Shown here: positions 49,415 to 59,131 of the stretch, piece after piece
Layout of the letters: every line of letters starts with the position of its first letter
How positions within the stretch are numbered: position 1 is the stretch's first letter
Program-made: the position numbers and the translations under genes
The notes under the pieces: generated by a model
Told to the model about the DNA's origin: nothing
What the model saw: the letters and a program-made list of their open reading frames with translations, nothing else
The model's database searches: none
Virus record (IMG/VR): IMGVR_UViG_2671180615_000003
Span: 18,105 to 82,104 of that record
Source: a virus
Taxonomy: Duplodnaviria; Caudoviricetes
Reading direction: 5' to 3' (one strand)
DNA length: 64,000 nucleotides

Positions 49415-49603
49415 TTAGAGAGCTTCTGTTGGAGTTGGAGCTTCTTCAATCAAAATAGAGAATCCTGTTTCTCGATTATAAGTCAGGACTAAATTTTCAA
49501 GTGTCATACCTTTATTGAATTGAATCGCATTCACTTGATTACTAAATTGAGTTACGAGTTCTGCTTCCAGTACTGAAACTTGTTTTGCTGCTTGAGTTGC
49601 CAT
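49415..49603 (-). CDS. 62-aa hypothetical protein
   Basis: GAGGT RBS; hairpins on both sides. Confidence 0.6.
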   Translation of the reverse strand: MATQAAKQVSVLEAELVTQFSNQVNAIQFNKGMTLENLVLTYNRETGFSILIEEAPTPTEAL

Positions 49604-49672
49604 TGAAATTACCTCTTTAGAAAATAAAAAAACCTGCGAATGCAGGTTTTAGGGATTTTGCCTTTCGGCGGT

Positions 49673-50422
49673 TTAATTCATTTTTTTGTGTCTTAAAATC
49701 TTCACGGTTCGATCTAACCATTGTGGTCCATAAATCTCTCTTACAGACTTACGCCCATAAGGATGATGAAGAATTAAAGATGAACCAATACATGGTTCTG
49801 TCTGCTCTGTTTTAAGTTTTCCTTGGTCACCAAGCCAGATTAATGCATGATTAGGATGTTCCGTGCGTCCTACTCTACAAATCAACATGTCACCATATTT
49901 AGGTTGTGATACTTCATAAAAACCAGCTTGTTCATAATTTTCTAAATATAGTGAAGGGTGATCTTTTTGTTCCCACCAAGCATCTTCTCGATCAAAATCA
50001 ATTAATGAAATATTAAGTTCACGGCTATAGAAATCACGGATTAATGAATAACAATCTTGCCACCCATGATAATAATTACGTCCTACCAGAGGTGCTTTAT
50101 AACCAGATGGTTCATATATTTGAAAATCAATATTTGGATATGAACAAATCACCCAAGGTTTTTTATGTAACTCAATTTGTGTTAAGTCTAATTCGGAAGC
50201 ACGTGTAGTTCCATCTGGATGACTATGAACATACGCCTGAATTTCCCCCTGATCTTCAATCATAGTTAAATCTTCAGGATGGATTTCAAATTGATCATTT
50301 TGACTAGAAATATTACGGCAAGGAATATATTGGCGATCTACAATCACACCACAGCATTCAAGTGGGTAACATTCATCGGCATGTACCATAATTGCTTTTT
50401 TAATTTTTGCTGAAAGTTTCAT
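49673..50422 (-). CDS. Tail tip protein K (JAB + NlpC/P60)
   Basis: YPLECCG, HSHPD, DCYSL, PNHA. Confidence 0.92.
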   Translation of the reverse strand: MKLSAKIKKAIMVHADECYPLECCGVIVDRQYIPCRNISSQNDQFEIHPEDLTMIEDQGEIQAYVHSHPDGTTRASELDLTQIELHKKPWVICSYPNIDFQIYEPSGYKAPLVGRNYYHGWQDCYSLIRDFYSRELNISLIDFDREDAWWEQKDHPSLYLENYEQAGFYEVSQPKYGDMLICRVGRTEHPNHALIWLGDQGKLKTEQTEPCIGSSLILHHPYGRKSVREIYGPQWLDRTVKILRHKKMN

Positions 50423-50434
50423 AATCGACCTGCT

Positions 50435-51166
50435 TTACGACAAGTTTGAAGCTGGAAAACCACCGTAAGATAAAGGCTGGTTTTCACCAAAATGTAAGCG
50501 ACAATCTCGTAAACGACCTCCACACTTATCTTGGGCTGGGTCATCAGTAAGCTCACCTTTTTCTGTATACATTGCTGTCCCTGTATAACCACACTCTTCA
50601 CCTCGATAACGCCCTTTACAAGCCCATTCGCAAAGTGAAGTAATTTGCCTAACAGGAATTTCTCTTCCTTCATTATCTATCGGATTAGAAAGTTCAAATG
50701 TGACTTGCTGAGCATTTTCAGACGTTTTCTGTTCTATGTACCAAATCTGTTCTTTTGATTCATTTGCTGCATTTGTATTACCAGAAGAAAAGTTTGATGC
50801 ATCTAAATATTTAGCCATTGTGGTAATGACTTTTAATTTAGCATCAGCAAAATCTTTGAATTGTAAACAGTAAGCCGAAACAGCTCCTTGAATACCATTA
50901 ATATTATTTGCAATTGCTAAGGATGGAGTAGAGGCTTTTCCATCTGAACGCAATTCTAATTCAGATACTTTAATTGCTAATGGTTCATAGGTTTCACCTT
51001 GCCAAATAATATTTGGCTTCCACTCACCATTATCTTTAAAACTAGCATGGCCATGAAACCTTAAAATACCCGCACCAAGATTCCTTGCATCTAATTCATA
51101 AAGAGTAATTAGTCCATCTACTTCAAGTTTCTGAAAATCACTGACGAGAGACATATTTATTTCCAT
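50435..51166 (-). CDS. Minor tail protein L
   Basis: C.W..YRGEECGY, DKC....DC Fe-S cysteines, GGFP. Confidence 0.92.
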   Translation of the reverse strand: MEINMSLVSDFQKLEVDGLITLYELDARNLGAGILRFHGHASFKDNGEWKPNIIWQGETYEPLAIKVSELELRSDGKASTPSLAIANNINGIQGAVSAYCLQFKDFADAKLKVITTMAKYLDASNFSSGNTNAANESKEQIWYIEQKTSENAQQVTFELSNPIDNEGREIPVRQITSLCEWACKGRYRGEECGYTGTAMYTEKGELTDDPAQDKCGGRLRDCRLHFGENQPLSYGGFPASNLS

Positions 51167-51207
51167 AAAAAAAGCCCCTTTTCAGGAGCTTATAAGTGAA
51201 TAAGTAT

Positions 51208-51549
51208 TTAAGGATAATAAACTTGGGTAAATGTTGTACTAATACGCCACCAACCACCACCTAAATGTACAGGTTGATATTCACCCACTTTTACACGTAC
51301 TTCACCATCTAAAGGTGAGTCCCAAAGAAATGATTTTGAACCTTTATGTAAGTCAAAAAATTTTTTAATCTCTAAAATATTTTTTTCGGTATCAGTCTTA
51401 GTATATTGCCACTGACTAGAACAATTATTAATACCAACACTTACGTTTTGTTCGTAACCATCCCCAAAATTTGCATTTAAGACATTAAATGTATTTTTTT
51501 GGGAATTACCATCTAAATCTTGATTCCAAGTAAACTTAAGGGCACTCAT
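51208..51549 (-). CDS. Minor tail protein M (distal tail)
   Basis: FGDGYEQ, H.G.KSFLW. Confidence 0.9.
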   Translation of the reverse strand: MSALKFTWNQDLDGNSQKNTFNVLNANFGDGYEQNVSVGINNCSSQWQYTKTDTEKNILEIKKFFDLHKGSKSFLWDSPLDGEVRVKVGEYQPVHLGGGWWRISTTFTQVYYP

Positions 51550-51749
51550 AAAATATTCCTAAAATATACAGAACAGCTATATAAATACTTATTCACACAA
51601 TATTTAAATGATAAATAATTTATTATTTGCTCTATTAAAATACAACTTAAAATATAAAATACCAAATGAGATTTATTACAATTATTTAAACAAAAAAATA
51701 AGATATATTTCAAAAATCTAAAAAATTAAAATAATAGTATTAAAAATAA

Positions 51750-51848
51750 AAAAGCTAACTTTAATTTTAAAGTTAGCTTTTAATGTATATCGAATTCATA
51801 TTTCGACCATCTTAGTTACACTATACTTTAGTTTTCAGAAAAAAGAAA
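51750..51848 (-). promoter_or_regulatory. Second copy of late promoter plus terminator inside tail operon
   Basis: TTTCTT-17-TATAGT with TTCTGAAAA and TAAGATGGTCG as at 59084-59128; 15-bp-arm hairpin 51750-51781. Confidence 0.7.
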
Positions 51849-51947
51849 CTATAAATTAATGAAGATCATTTAAAATATTTAATTCAAATTATGTCAAATT
51901 AAATAATCTCTTGAATCTATTATTTTTAAAAACCAAGTTGGTACCTT

Positions 51948-54900
51948 TTACCCACGAATCGCATTATATAAAATCCGACCTTGACGTAACTCTTGAAGTA
52001 ATACTTGTCGAATTGTATTCCCAAGCACTTCTCCAACTAATTTATATTGCCCAGATGAGTCGACCTGACTACTACCATCTGAATTTACTGTCACATTTAC
52101 TGAAACAGGAGCATTAATCGCACTTCCTGTTGGCGGAAGTTCAGCAAGCTGAGGCACGATAATCTGACTTGACTCTGTTTGAGGCAACTCACCTGTTTGG
52201 TTCATATAATTAAGATTATCCAAACCAATCTTCTTAGCTGAAGATTGTTTAATCATGAACTCTTCATTAGAAGCCCAAATAGGAATACTGTCACTTAAAC
52301 CATTTCCTAAACCTCTAATTTGTCCACCAGTTGCAAAGCCTTGTGGAGTAACAGCGGACACTGCTGCTTTTAATACCCCTGTTTGGGCCACAGCCATTGC
52401 CACTGCGGGTATGTTATAAGGAAAAGCTGCTGATGCCCATGCTTTACCAATTGCTTCAGAACTAGATAAAATTACACTTGCTAGGGAAAATCCTTTTTGC
52501 ATGGCAAACAGCGTTCTATATGTATTAGATTGCTCACCTCCAAAAGCTTTGGCTAGCCCAGCCATATCTCCAAACATGGTTGCATAATTATTTAAATTTT
52601 CTACATTTAAATTATTTTGTAACTCTCGAGACTTTGTATCATATTCAACATCCATTGCGAATTTTGCATCGACATATGCTTGATGTGCATCTTCAAGCAT
52701 TTGATATTTATCAGTCTCTGATAAGTTTTCATTACTATTAATTGATTCATTTATATTTTGGTATCCATCCCACAAATTAGTCTGTTTAGTTTCAAATTCA
52801 TTTTGAAAATTCCAATTTTTTAACTCATCTGGAGTAAGAGTTGTTCTCGCCCAAGTTTCAGTACTAGATTGATTCATTTGATCAATTCTATCTTTAGTAC
52901 TTTGAATCGCCTGATTTTGAATCTTTATTTTTTCATCTTCTGCAGCAATATAACTCTCCATTGCTTTGTCATATTCCTTCTGACGGAGATCTAATAATCT
53001 TGTTCGTTCAGGACCTTCTGGAATAGTTTTAATAATCTCAGCCTTGTCATCTTCACTATCTGCTAAGATCCTCTCCAGCTCAGTATAATATTTTCTTTTT
53101 AAAGCTTTTTCATTCGCAGCTTGAGTAAGGGATGCTTGATATTGCTCATCATCAGAATTTTGTACATTTTTTAAAGCCTCTAATGCATAACTTTCATCTC
53201 CATTTTTCCCAAGCAATAAGTTAATTTTATTGTAATAATTATCTCGTTTCTTGTGATGAGGTCGGGCGTTGATCTTATTACCGTCATAATCCCAAACAAT
53301 AAAATTATGTCCTAAAGTATTGGCGAGTTCTTTATAATCAGCATTTTTCATTAATGCCTTTTTAGATTTAGCAAATCGCTTATTTCCTAATATTTCACTG
53401 ATAGCATATTTTGCCTGAGCATTTAGAGCTTCTTGTGTTTGTTTAATATTGCCGGAGCTATCAAGGAGTCCTTTTTTCGATAAAAGACTCATTAGATCTG
53501 TCGCTCTATCCTTTTGCCAAGAAAAAATTCCTACGTTAGTAAAACCATTATTGTGATCTGTATGGCTTCCAAACATTTTTGAACTACGGAAATCATTTTC
53601 TCTTCCAACTTCCGCAGTAAAATATTTAGCCTGTTTCTCATTCAGTACACCTGTGCTCATAAATGCTTGATAAACACTTAGCATGTTTTTAGTTGCAGGA
53701 TCCATAACAGCACTAGCCATAGCTTGCTTTTTTGCTAACTCTGCTTGTTTTTTTGCTTCTTCAGTTGACCTTTGTTCTAGTTTTAATTTGTCTTCTTGGT
53801 GGCTTTTTAATTCTTTATTTAAATTTAATAAGTCTAAAGAGGCTTTCAAATCTTTTTGGGCTGTTGGGGTTGCCATCTGCGCAGAGTCATAATTATATCG
53901 TTTTCCCCACTCATAAACTTTTTCCATTTGTTCTGAAGAAAACTTTTTGCCATACTTGTCGAAAAGCGCTTGTTGACCTTTAACATCCTTGTATTCGGTA
54001 TTAAAAGTTTTTTGATATTGTTCATAACCGACTTTAGCCCTATTTGAAGCTAGTTCAGCAGCATAAAACTCCTTATTTAAATTCCCTTGTTTCTTTGTTG
54101 CTTCATCTGTTGACTTTAATAAAGAGTTGATTACTTCTTTTTGTTTTGTAAATTCTTGACCGACTTTAATTGAAGCTGCTGCTTGTTCATCAATTCTTGC
54201 TTTTGATTTTTCAGATATGCCAGATAATTTATTAATTTCAGAAGCAAATTGACTAGTTGTCAACTCTCCTTTACTGAACTCCATAGCTAATTTATTTGCA
54301 GTTCGAGATGCCTCAGTAGTAGAACCATCTAGACGTCCAATAGCAATTGTCATACTAATTAACGTGCCTTTAGATTTTTCATACTCTTCATTTAATTCTT
54401 CTAATGACTTTTTTTCAGCACGCATCTGAGTTCTTTGCGAGGCTGTATCTAACTCTTGATATTTTTTAATTATTTCAGCAATTGAAACTCCCTGTTCATT
54501 TAAAGATTTAGCAGCTTCATCATTACTATTTTTCATAAAGAGAAAAGCTGCACCAGCAGCAAGAGCTTGTACCGCAAGAAGTCCTAAACCAACAGGTCCT
54601 CCAAGAAATGCCATAGCCCCTCTTAATACACCCATTGCAGTTGTAGTCTGTAATGAAGCTGCTGTAACGCTTGCGAAAGTTGCAACAGTGCGTACACCTT
54701 CAATTGCCCACATAGCAAACTCTTTGGCTACCATAGCAGCTTGTACTGCAAGTTTAACGCTTAGTGCAGCCCCCAGACCAACTGCTGCAGCAGTAATGGT
54801 GTCCATATGAGAAGTTACAGCGATAAATACAGGCATGACTCCATTGACCATCGTGGCTTGAAGACCCTGCCATTTCAAATCCATGATTTGTAAATTTTCT

Positions 54901-55577
54901 TTGGCTTGCGTTAATTTTTTTATCATCGCATCATCCATGATGATGCCAGCTTTTTGTGCTGTATCTCCCCATTTTTTAAATTCAGCTCCACCATTTTCCA
55001 GTAGAGGAATTAATGCCGTCGAGCCAGAAATAAGGGCTTCCATATAAAACCGCATACTCTCCTGACTAACATTTGCTTTAACAAGAGAATCATAATAAAG
55101 CTGTAATGCATCTGGGCCTGAAAGTTTCTGGAATTGAGAAATTGTTACCCCAACTTGAGGTGCAATGTTTTTAAAAAAATCAGCTAATGGACCACCTCCA
55201 GTCTGTTGGAAATTGCCGATATTTTGTTGCATACCTTTTAACTGGTTTGCAAATTTATCCATGCTAATTCCTACAGTTTCTGCACCTTTTGCGTAATACT
55301 GAAAGGACGAAGTACTTGTATTGGCTAGCTGAGCCAACTTTTTGATTTCACTACCAGTATCAATTACACGTGTTACGGTCGATGTGAGGCCGGCAACAAT
55401 CTGGTTATTCATGAAATCACTGACAGATTTCATGGTAGAGCCAATTGTTTTAAAACTTTGAGCAATAGTTTCACTGGCTGATTTAGCTTTACGTTCTGCC
55501 TGGTTAATAGGCTCAACAAAATTACCAATATTAACAACTAGGTCTATGCTTAGACTTCCTAAGTTAGTTGTAGCCAT
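51948..55577 (-). CDS. Tape measure protein with internal lysozyme-like domain
   Basis: 1209 aa Ala-rich helical; LGSLSIDL N-terminus; GFATGG C-terminal motif; EVGREN...GIFSW segment. Confidence 0.92.
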   Translation of the reverse strand: MATTNLGSLSIDLVVNIGNFVEPINQAERKAKSASETIAQSFKTIGSTMKSVSDFMNNQIVAGLTSTVTRVIDTGSEIKKLAQLANTSTSSFQYYAKGAETVGISMDKFANQLKGMQQNIGNFQQTGGGPLADFFKNIAPQVGVTISQFQKLSGPDALQLYYDSLVKANVSQESMRFYMEALISGSTALIPLLENGGAEFKKWGDTAQKAGIIMDDAMIKKLTQAKENLQIMDLKWQGLQATMVNGVMPVFIAVTSHMDTITAAAVGLGAALSVKLAVQAAMVAKEFAMWAIEGVRTVATFASVTAASLQTTTAMGVLRGAMAFLGGPVGLGLLAVQALAAGAAFLFMKNSNDEAAKSLNEQGVSIAEIIKKYQELDTASQRTQMRAEKKSLEELNEEYEKSKGTLISMTIAIGRLDGSTTEASRTANKLAMEFSKGELTTSQFASEINKLSGISEKSKARIDEQAAASIKVGQEFTKQKEVINSLLKSTDEATKKQGNLNKEFYAAELASNRAKVGYEQYQKTFNTEYKDVKGQQALFDKYGKKFSSEQMEKVYEWGKRYNYDSAQMATPTAQKDLKASLDLLNLNKELKSHQEDKLKLEQRSTEEAKKQAELAKKQAMASAVMDPATKNMLSVYQAFMSTGVLNEKQAKYFTAEVGRENDFRSSKMFGSHTDHNNGFTNVGIFSWQKDRATDLMSLLSKKGLLDSSGNIKQTQEALNAQAKYAISEILGNKRFAKSKKALMKNADYKELANTLGHNFIVWDYDGNKINARPHHKKRDNYYNKINLLLGKNGDESYALEALKNVQNSDDEQYQASLTQAANEKALKRKYYTELERILADSEDDKAEIIKTIPEGPERTRLLDLRQKEYDKAMESYIAAEDEKIKIQNQAIQSTKDRIDQMNQSSTETWARTTLTPDELKNWNFQNEFETKQTNLWDGYQNINESINSNENLSETDKYQMLEDAHQAYVDAKFAMDVEYDTKSRELQNNLNVENLNNYATMFGDMAGLAKAFGGEQSNTYRTLFAMQKGFSLASVILSSSEAIGKAWASAAFPYNIPAVAMAVAQTGVLKAAVSAVTPQGFATGGQIRGLGNGLSDSIPIWASNEEFMIKQSSAKKIGLDNLNYMNQTGELPQTESSQIIVPQLAELPPTGSAINAPVSVNVTVNSDGSSQVDSSGQYKLVGEVLGNTIRQVLLQELRQGRILYNAIRG

Positions 55578-55702
55578 ACTTATCTCCAGGCAAAAAAAAC
55601 GACCTTTCGGTCGTCAATGATTAAATTATGATTTAACTAGATTTCAAGTTACTGCTTTGCTAAATTGGGCATACTTTACAAATACTAGAGTTAATCAAGG
55701 CA

Positions 55703-56581
55703 ATGAAACAAAAATTATTACTGCTATCTTCATTTTTTTTAATTAACCATTCTTTTGCAGTAACAATAAATGATTTAGAAACAAAATCGATATTCCGTAC
55801 ATTTTATCCATCTATGTTTCATGCTACTTTTGAAAGTAAAGATGAAGAAGAAATTAAACTTCCCCATATTGGAATCGAAGAAAATAGCCAAGAATATTTA
55901 GCCATACTCCATCCCGCGGAAGTCTTTAAAAATAACTCTGGTGAAGATAGATATTTAATTTTTGTTGAAAAACGTGAAATTGGTAAAGCAGTAAGTGAAA
56001 TTGAAAAAGGAAAATTTGTCGAAAAAAGTTCGAAATTCTATGAGTTTAGTGAAGGTTGTCATGCCTGTGAAGGTAATGCTGACCTCATGATTTTTAAGAA
56101 AAATAATCAAGGTAATTTTGATTTAGTCTCTAAAAATAGAGAGTCATACACCCCACCAAGTCAATATGGAATTATTAATTTAAATATTAAAAATCTAGCT
56201 TCAAGAATTATCAAGATAGGTAAAAATGATATCGGTTTCTTCGACGACTCATATACCTATTCAAATGATGGCGGATCAGATACTTTACTACATCTTATTA
56301 AATTAGGTGATGATGCTATTCAAGGATACAATATTGATATTGTTGAAGGAAGTAATGAAGGCTCTTACGACCAAAACTCACCTTTAAATTATAGCTTTAA
56401 GGGTGAATATAGAGTTAAAATGGATCAACCTTATTTAAAAAGTTACCCTATTGAAATTAAATTCAAAGGAGATATTTATGATGAAAAAACAGATAAATTT
56501 GTTAAATATAATAAAATAAAAACATATCAATTTAATAATTCTAAAAATACATACAGTATTACATCAGAAAAAAGTTATTAA
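55703..56581 (+). CDS. Secreted/periplasmic protein with CxxC, antisense moron
   Basis: Signal peptide (HSFA|V), GCHAC motif. Confidence 0.85.
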   Translation: MKQKLLLLSSFFLINHSFAVTINDLETKSIFRTFYPSMFHATFESKDEEEIKLPHIGIEENSQEYLAILHPAEVFKNNSGEDRYLIFVEKREIGKAVSEIEKGKFVEKSSKFYEFSEGCHACEGNADLMIFKKNNQGNFDLVSKNRESYTPPSQYGIINLNIKNLASRIIKIGKNDIGFFDDSYTYSNDGGSDTLLHLIKLGDDAIQGYNIDIVEGSNEGSYDQNSPLNYSFKGEYRVKMDQPYLKSYPIEIKFKGDIYDEKTDKFVKYNKIKTYQFNNSKNTYSITSEKSY

Positions 56582-56588
56582 TTTATTT

Positions 56589-56620
56589 TAAAAAAGCACT
56601 TTTAGAAAAGTGCTTTTTTA
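56589..56620. terminator. Bidirectional terminator
   Basis: TAAAAAAGCACTTTT-AG-AAAAGTGCTTTTTTA between convergent genes. Confidence 0.8.
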
Positions 56621-56631
56621 ATTAGTTATAA

Positions 56632-57260
56632 TTAGCGTAACTTTTTCATTTTATTTATACGCTCTTGTTCAAAAGTAAGAGCCGGTGGTTTATCAAAGTG
56701 TGGTAAATAATCATAAATTTGAAGCCCTTTTACACCCTTAGATGACGCAAACATGAGTTTCATTTCTGCCATTACTTCTTCTAAACGTAAACCTATGTTG
56801 AGGCTACCTCTTTTTTGTCGGTAAGCTGCCCAGGTTCTAATTTCTTTGTGGGTAAAGCTTGTTCTGACTTCTTCGATTGATCTTGAGGTTGCGATCGCGA
56901 TTTCGATGAGGAGTTCTTCTCTGTCGTCGATTTCAATGTCTGCTTTCCCATGACATTAATTTCAACAATTTTAACCCAAATGATATCAACTAATGCTTGG
57001 CTAAAGTGTAATCGTACTTCATCCTCAGTGAAAGTAGGAACACCATGCTCATCTGTAATACAACTTGCTAAAATACCTGCTAAAGCCTCTTTATTTTCTC
57101 CGTATGCTTTCATATTTGCTACAGCAGATTGATAGTTAAAAGGTTTAATATAGGTTGTAAACTCTGATTCTTCACCATTTACCAGAACTTGAACTGTTAC
57201 TTGTTCTGGTTTACCAAGCAAAATGCCTGATTTGATTTGATCCGCACTTAGTTTCTTCAT
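56632..57260 (-). CDS. Tail chaperone GT, -1 frameshift product
   Basis: GGGAAAG at 56943-56949; -1 frame open 106 codons (WAAYRQKRGSLNIGLRLE...) to TAA 56632. Confidence 0.82.
56793..57260 (-). CDS. Tail assembly chaperone G
   Basis: Between tube and tape measure; ...VMGK slippery site. Confidence 0.85.
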   Translation of the reverse strand: MKKLSADQIKSGILLGKPEQVTVQVLVNGEESEFTTYIKPFNYQSAVANMKAYGENKEALAGILASCITDEHGVPTFTEDEVRLHFSQALVDIIWVKIVEINVMGKQTLKSTTEKNSSSKSRSQPQDQSKKSEQALPTKKLEPGQLTDKKEVAST

Positions 57261-57323
57261 TTTTAATTTTCCAAAAGAAAATAAGCCTGCTAAGCAGGCT
57301 TATTAATAATGCTAAAAAAAACC

Positions 57324-57791
57324 TTAAACGGTTTTCAATGTATCGAAAGCTGGGGTTTGGCGTTTCATTGGAATAGTATGGTTTACCAATGAGTCTTTAT
57401 CGAAAATTGGTGGACCTTTTCGTAATTGAGCTTGGAATTGAGTCCAAGAACGACCTTGCGGTACTGTAACAACATCACCTTGTAAAGTTGGTGCAGCAGT
57501 ACCATCGGCCCATCCAACAAAAACATCAACTTTTGCTTTATTTTGAGCCAAATTCAAAATCGTAACATGGGTTTCATTTTCAGGATCAGTATTGATTTTC
57601 AAACTACCTTCACCTGGTTTAACTAAACCATATTCTGAAGTTGAAGATTCACGCTCTTCCATACATGTTGTTTCAATTTCAGTAACACTATCATCGCCTA
57701 CCGACAACTCAGTAATACATTCAATTTTAGTTAATACAGCTGGTGAACCATGTTTTACCCATGTTTCAGTACCTTGTGTTAATACGCCCAT
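57324..57791 (-). CDS. Major tail tube protein
   Basis: LTQGT, IETTC.E....EYGL..PG, VGWADG..APT. Confidence 0.88.
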   Translation of the reverse strand: MGVLTQGTETWVKHGSPAVLTKIECITELSVGDDSVTEIETTCMEERESSTSEYGLVKPGEGSLKINTDPENETHVTILNLAQNKAKVDVFVGWADGTAAPTLQGDVVTVPQGRSWTQFQAQLRKGPPIFDKDSLVNHTIPMKRQTPAFDTLKTV

Positions 57792-57954
57792 GATTGGACT
57801 CCTTTTTTAACGACGAAAAAAACCTCGCGTTTTGCGAGGTCATAAAATTTTAGAATTTGGGAAGTTTGTCTAATGGAGTACTACATATGTGCAATATATA
57901 AATTTAGTATTAATTACACATAGTACCTAGATCTTAGTTTTCTAATAAACTGTA

Positions 57955-58137
57955 TTACAATTTATTTATTAATTCACTTCTAAGCATCTTAGCCATTAAT
58001 TCTTTAGCATTTTTGGGAGAAGTTGCTTTTTTTTCAACGTCATCCACAATTTGACTAATTTTTTTATCATCTGATAAATTTTTTAGTTTCTTTTGTAGAG
58101 TAGACAAGCCATTCATATTCATAGATATACCCTCCAC
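57955..58137 (-). pseudogene. Truncated HK97 gp10-like protein (N-terminal part only)
   Basis: MNGLSTLQKKLKNL resembles family N-terminus; 60 aa, lacks PVDTG and YA...E.G motifs. Confidence 0.45.
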
Positions 58138-58179
58138 AATAAAACCATTTATTGCATGATCTCTTAATAGTAACTATTT

Positions 58180-58407
58180 TTACTTTAAATAGTTATTTTC
58201 ATTAGATTTACGACGGGCCTGCCTTAACTTATTTTGATTAGTTAATTTTTTATTTTTTTCTAATGCCTCTGAATTAATAAATTTAACTAAGTTAAGTTTC
58301 AATAAATCTTCCGCACTGTTTAAATCAAGTTCAATTACCTCACCGGCTATATGAACAATTCGATTATGCATACATGTTGTTAAAAACTGGACTTTTACGT
58401 TTGACAT
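58180..58407 (-). CDS. Small protein of the type normally found after a major capsid gene
   Basis: KVQFL.......AGEVIELD...AEDLL..NLV pattern. Confidence 0.55.
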   Translation of the reverse strand: MSNVKVQFLTTCMHNRIVHIAGEVIELDLNSAEDLLKLNLVKFINSEALEKNKKLTNQNKLRQARRKSNENNYLK

Positions 58408-58498
58408 ATTTTTTCCAATAAAAAAAGAGCTAGACTTTAAATCTTGCTCTTCTAATAACTAAGATAATATAAAATACTTTTACCAATTGATATAAATA

Positions 58499-58723
58499 TT
58501 ATTTTTCTTTTGGTTTTGAATCTAAGTAAGAAATAATATTTTGATCAATTGCTTGATCTTCAAAATACTTTTGAAGTAATTTATTATTCTGCTCTATAGC
58601 AGAATAAATAAGAGTATCTTTATTTTCAACCTTTTGAATCAATGTGTTGTTCTGCTTTACCAACTCTTCCATCACTTCGAGTAACTTTGAGCAACAGTAA
58701 TTTTGTTCTTCGTTCAAGTTCAT
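58499..58723 (-). CDS. Hypothetical coiled-coil protein
   Basis: ORF overlapping upstream small ORF. Confidence 0.5.
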   Translation of the reverse strand: MNLNEEQNYCCSKLLEVMEELVKQNNTLIQKVENKDTLIYSAIEQNNKLLQKYFEDQAIDQNIISYLDSKPKEK

Positions 58724-58775
58724 TATATTTACTCTCTAACCATTTACGTCTTTTAGCACAACCCGTACAACTCAT
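58626..58775 (-). CDS. Small CxxC protein (MSCTGCAKRR)
   Basis: AAGG RBS before ATG; first ORF of late operon. Confidence 0.55.
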   Translation of the reverse strand: MSCTGCAKRRKWLESKYNELERRTKLLLLKVTRSDGRVGKAEQHIDSKG

Positions 58776-59051
58776 AATAAATACCTTTCCAGACTTATTA
58801 CTAATAAAAAATAAAGCCATATCAACTTAATTTGATATGGCTTTATATGCTGCATTTTTACAGCAAAACTTAAATAACCCTTTAAAAAATATTTAAAACT
58901 TTGAATTCATATAAAAATATTTAAAAAACATAGATTTTACATTTTCCATAAATAAAGAACAATTTCTCTAAAAATTATTATCTATGTAAAAATTTAATAT
59001 ATGAATTATTCTTATAGATACGATAATAAAAATTAAAAAACAACTTAAACT

Positions 59052-59128
59052 AAAAAGTCGCACTACAAATTAAATCTGCAATACGACCATCTTAAATATA
59101 TAATACTCTTTTTTTCAGAATAATGAAA
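59052..59128 (-). promoter_or_regulatory. Late promoter pR'-like and tR'-like terminator of element 2
   Basis: TTTCAT-17-TATTAT just after Q-like stop; GGTCGTATTGCAGA/TTTGTAGTGCGACT hairpin + U-tract. Confidence 0.7.
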
Positions 59129-59131
59129 ACC

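Noticed and set aside
50419-50673. Alternative-frame ORF in gene L, and similar overlaps at 10289, 17070, 25858, 47757, 60718
   Set aside because: Short, no recognisable motif or RBS, unlike the methylase-internal ORF
33534-57791. These tail and lysis genes belonging to prophage 1
   Set aside because: They lie beyond its att core, prophage 1 has its own tube and chaperones, and element 2 has separate immunity and Q
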